Source: Bdellovibrionota bacterium (GTDB taxonomy: Bacteria; Bdellovibrionota_C; UBA2361; OMIW01). From it: DNA of 50,570 nucleotides. Below the pieces are notes generated by a model. That model was not told the DNA's origin and did no database searches. It saw only the letters and a program-made list of their open reading frames with translations. The first letter of the stretch is position 1. The number at the start of each line of letters is the position of its first letter. The position numbers were made by a program, and so were the translations under genes. Positions 49,832 through 50,570 of this stretch are shown here, one piece after another. The stretch lies in the NCBI GenBank assembly GCA_044345055.1, contig JBIJBT010000007.1:1-50570 (forward strand). The letters are read 5' to 3'.

Positions 49832-50570
49832 TTATCTGCGATTACCGCGTCCTTGTCGGTGGTCTCGCCGATCAGATTGAAACCTCCCCCCTTTTAACCG
49901 CATCCCGCTCGCATCGAGACCAGCCCCTCCATAGAACTTTGCTACCTCCGGAAACACTCCTCCCGATTCATCGCGGAGTGGTAATATTCCTAACTCTGGA
50001 TGAATAAATCCGTACCGCAGCTCGACCGGTCGTTCCTTTTTGGTGACGATATGACACGGTTTTCCACGTGTATCGGAGATCCAATCTGCGATCTCGCGCG
50101 CGTTACCAATACTCGCCGAAAGCATCAAAAGAGTTGACGCATGCGAAGTCAGGATAATGCTCTCCTCCCAGACCGGTCCCCGCTGCGGGTCTGAGATAAA
50201 GTGAACTTCATCGAGCACCACTAGAGAGGGCCGTTCCGACCCTCGATACAGCTCATTTCGATAAATCTCGGTTGTTGCAACTACGCACTGAGAATCGCCT
50301 TCAATTTTTCGATCACCCGTCAACAACCCAACCCGATACCCCATTGGCTCGAACCGAAGCTTTAGATCTGCAAATTTACCGTTCGAAAGGGCTTTTAGCG
50401 GAGTCGTGTACACAGCACGATTCCCCATCTTTAACGCCTTCTCGATGGCCTGAATCGCGATATACGTCTTTCCGGCTCCCGTTGGAGCAACCACCAGCAC
50501 ATCCTCACCTGAGGCCGCGTGTTCAATCGCTTCCAGCTGAAAATCATCAGGGACGAACGCCGCTTGCTCC
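49832..50570 (-). CDS. Ski2/HelY-like helicase, N-terminal half (RecA1); 5' end beyond the window
   Basis: PDDFQ.EAI, APTGAGKT, TPLKALSN.K, TGD, TTEIYRN, DEVH, LSASI.N, RPV.L; stop at 49832. Confidence 0.88.
   Translation of the reverse strand, partial: EQAAFVPDDFQLEAIEHAASGEDVLVVAPTGAGKTYIAIQAIEKALKMGNRAVYTTPLKALSNGKFADLKLRFEPMGYRVGLLTGDRKIEGDSQCVVATTEIYRNELYRGSERPSLVVLDEVHFISDPQRGPVWEESIILTSHASTLLMLSASIGNAREIADWISDTRGKPCHIVTKKERPVELRYGFIHPELGILPLRDESGGVFPEVAKFYGGAGLDASGMRLKGGRFQSDRRDHRQGRGNRR

Overview
Mostly core chromosome of a diderm bacterium of roughly 50% GC. The gene set (lysS-lolC/E-lolD, Bacillus-type sdhCAB, LDH-like mdh, alpha2-type GlyRS, large NAD-GDH) suggests a delta-proteobacteria-like lineage; this is inference. 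It encodes mrp, secG, argS, pdxH, phoB-pstCAB-phoU, three glycosyltransferases plus a WcaJ-like sugar transferase, lolCD, lysS, queG, cysK, dksA, ispE, sdhCAB, mdh, tRNA-Pro(TGG), proA, gdh, aroC and glyQS, plus several orphan proteins. Four things stand out. (1) The window appears to contain the replication terminus: all 10 KOPS motifs (GGGNAGGG) I found converge on 15.6-22.7 kb, where the only dif-like element is a symmetric 21-7-21 palindrome (18381-18429) with two XerC-like arms and a non-canonical 7-bp spacer. (2) A CutA-PurN fusion at the left edge, missing from the ORF track. (3) A Ski2/HelY-type helicase split into two genes at the RecA1/RecA2 linker. (4) An 84-bp MITE-like element with perfect 23-bp terminal inverted repeats. 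I saw no CRISPR array, rRNA, transposase or integrase. All motif scans were done by eye.
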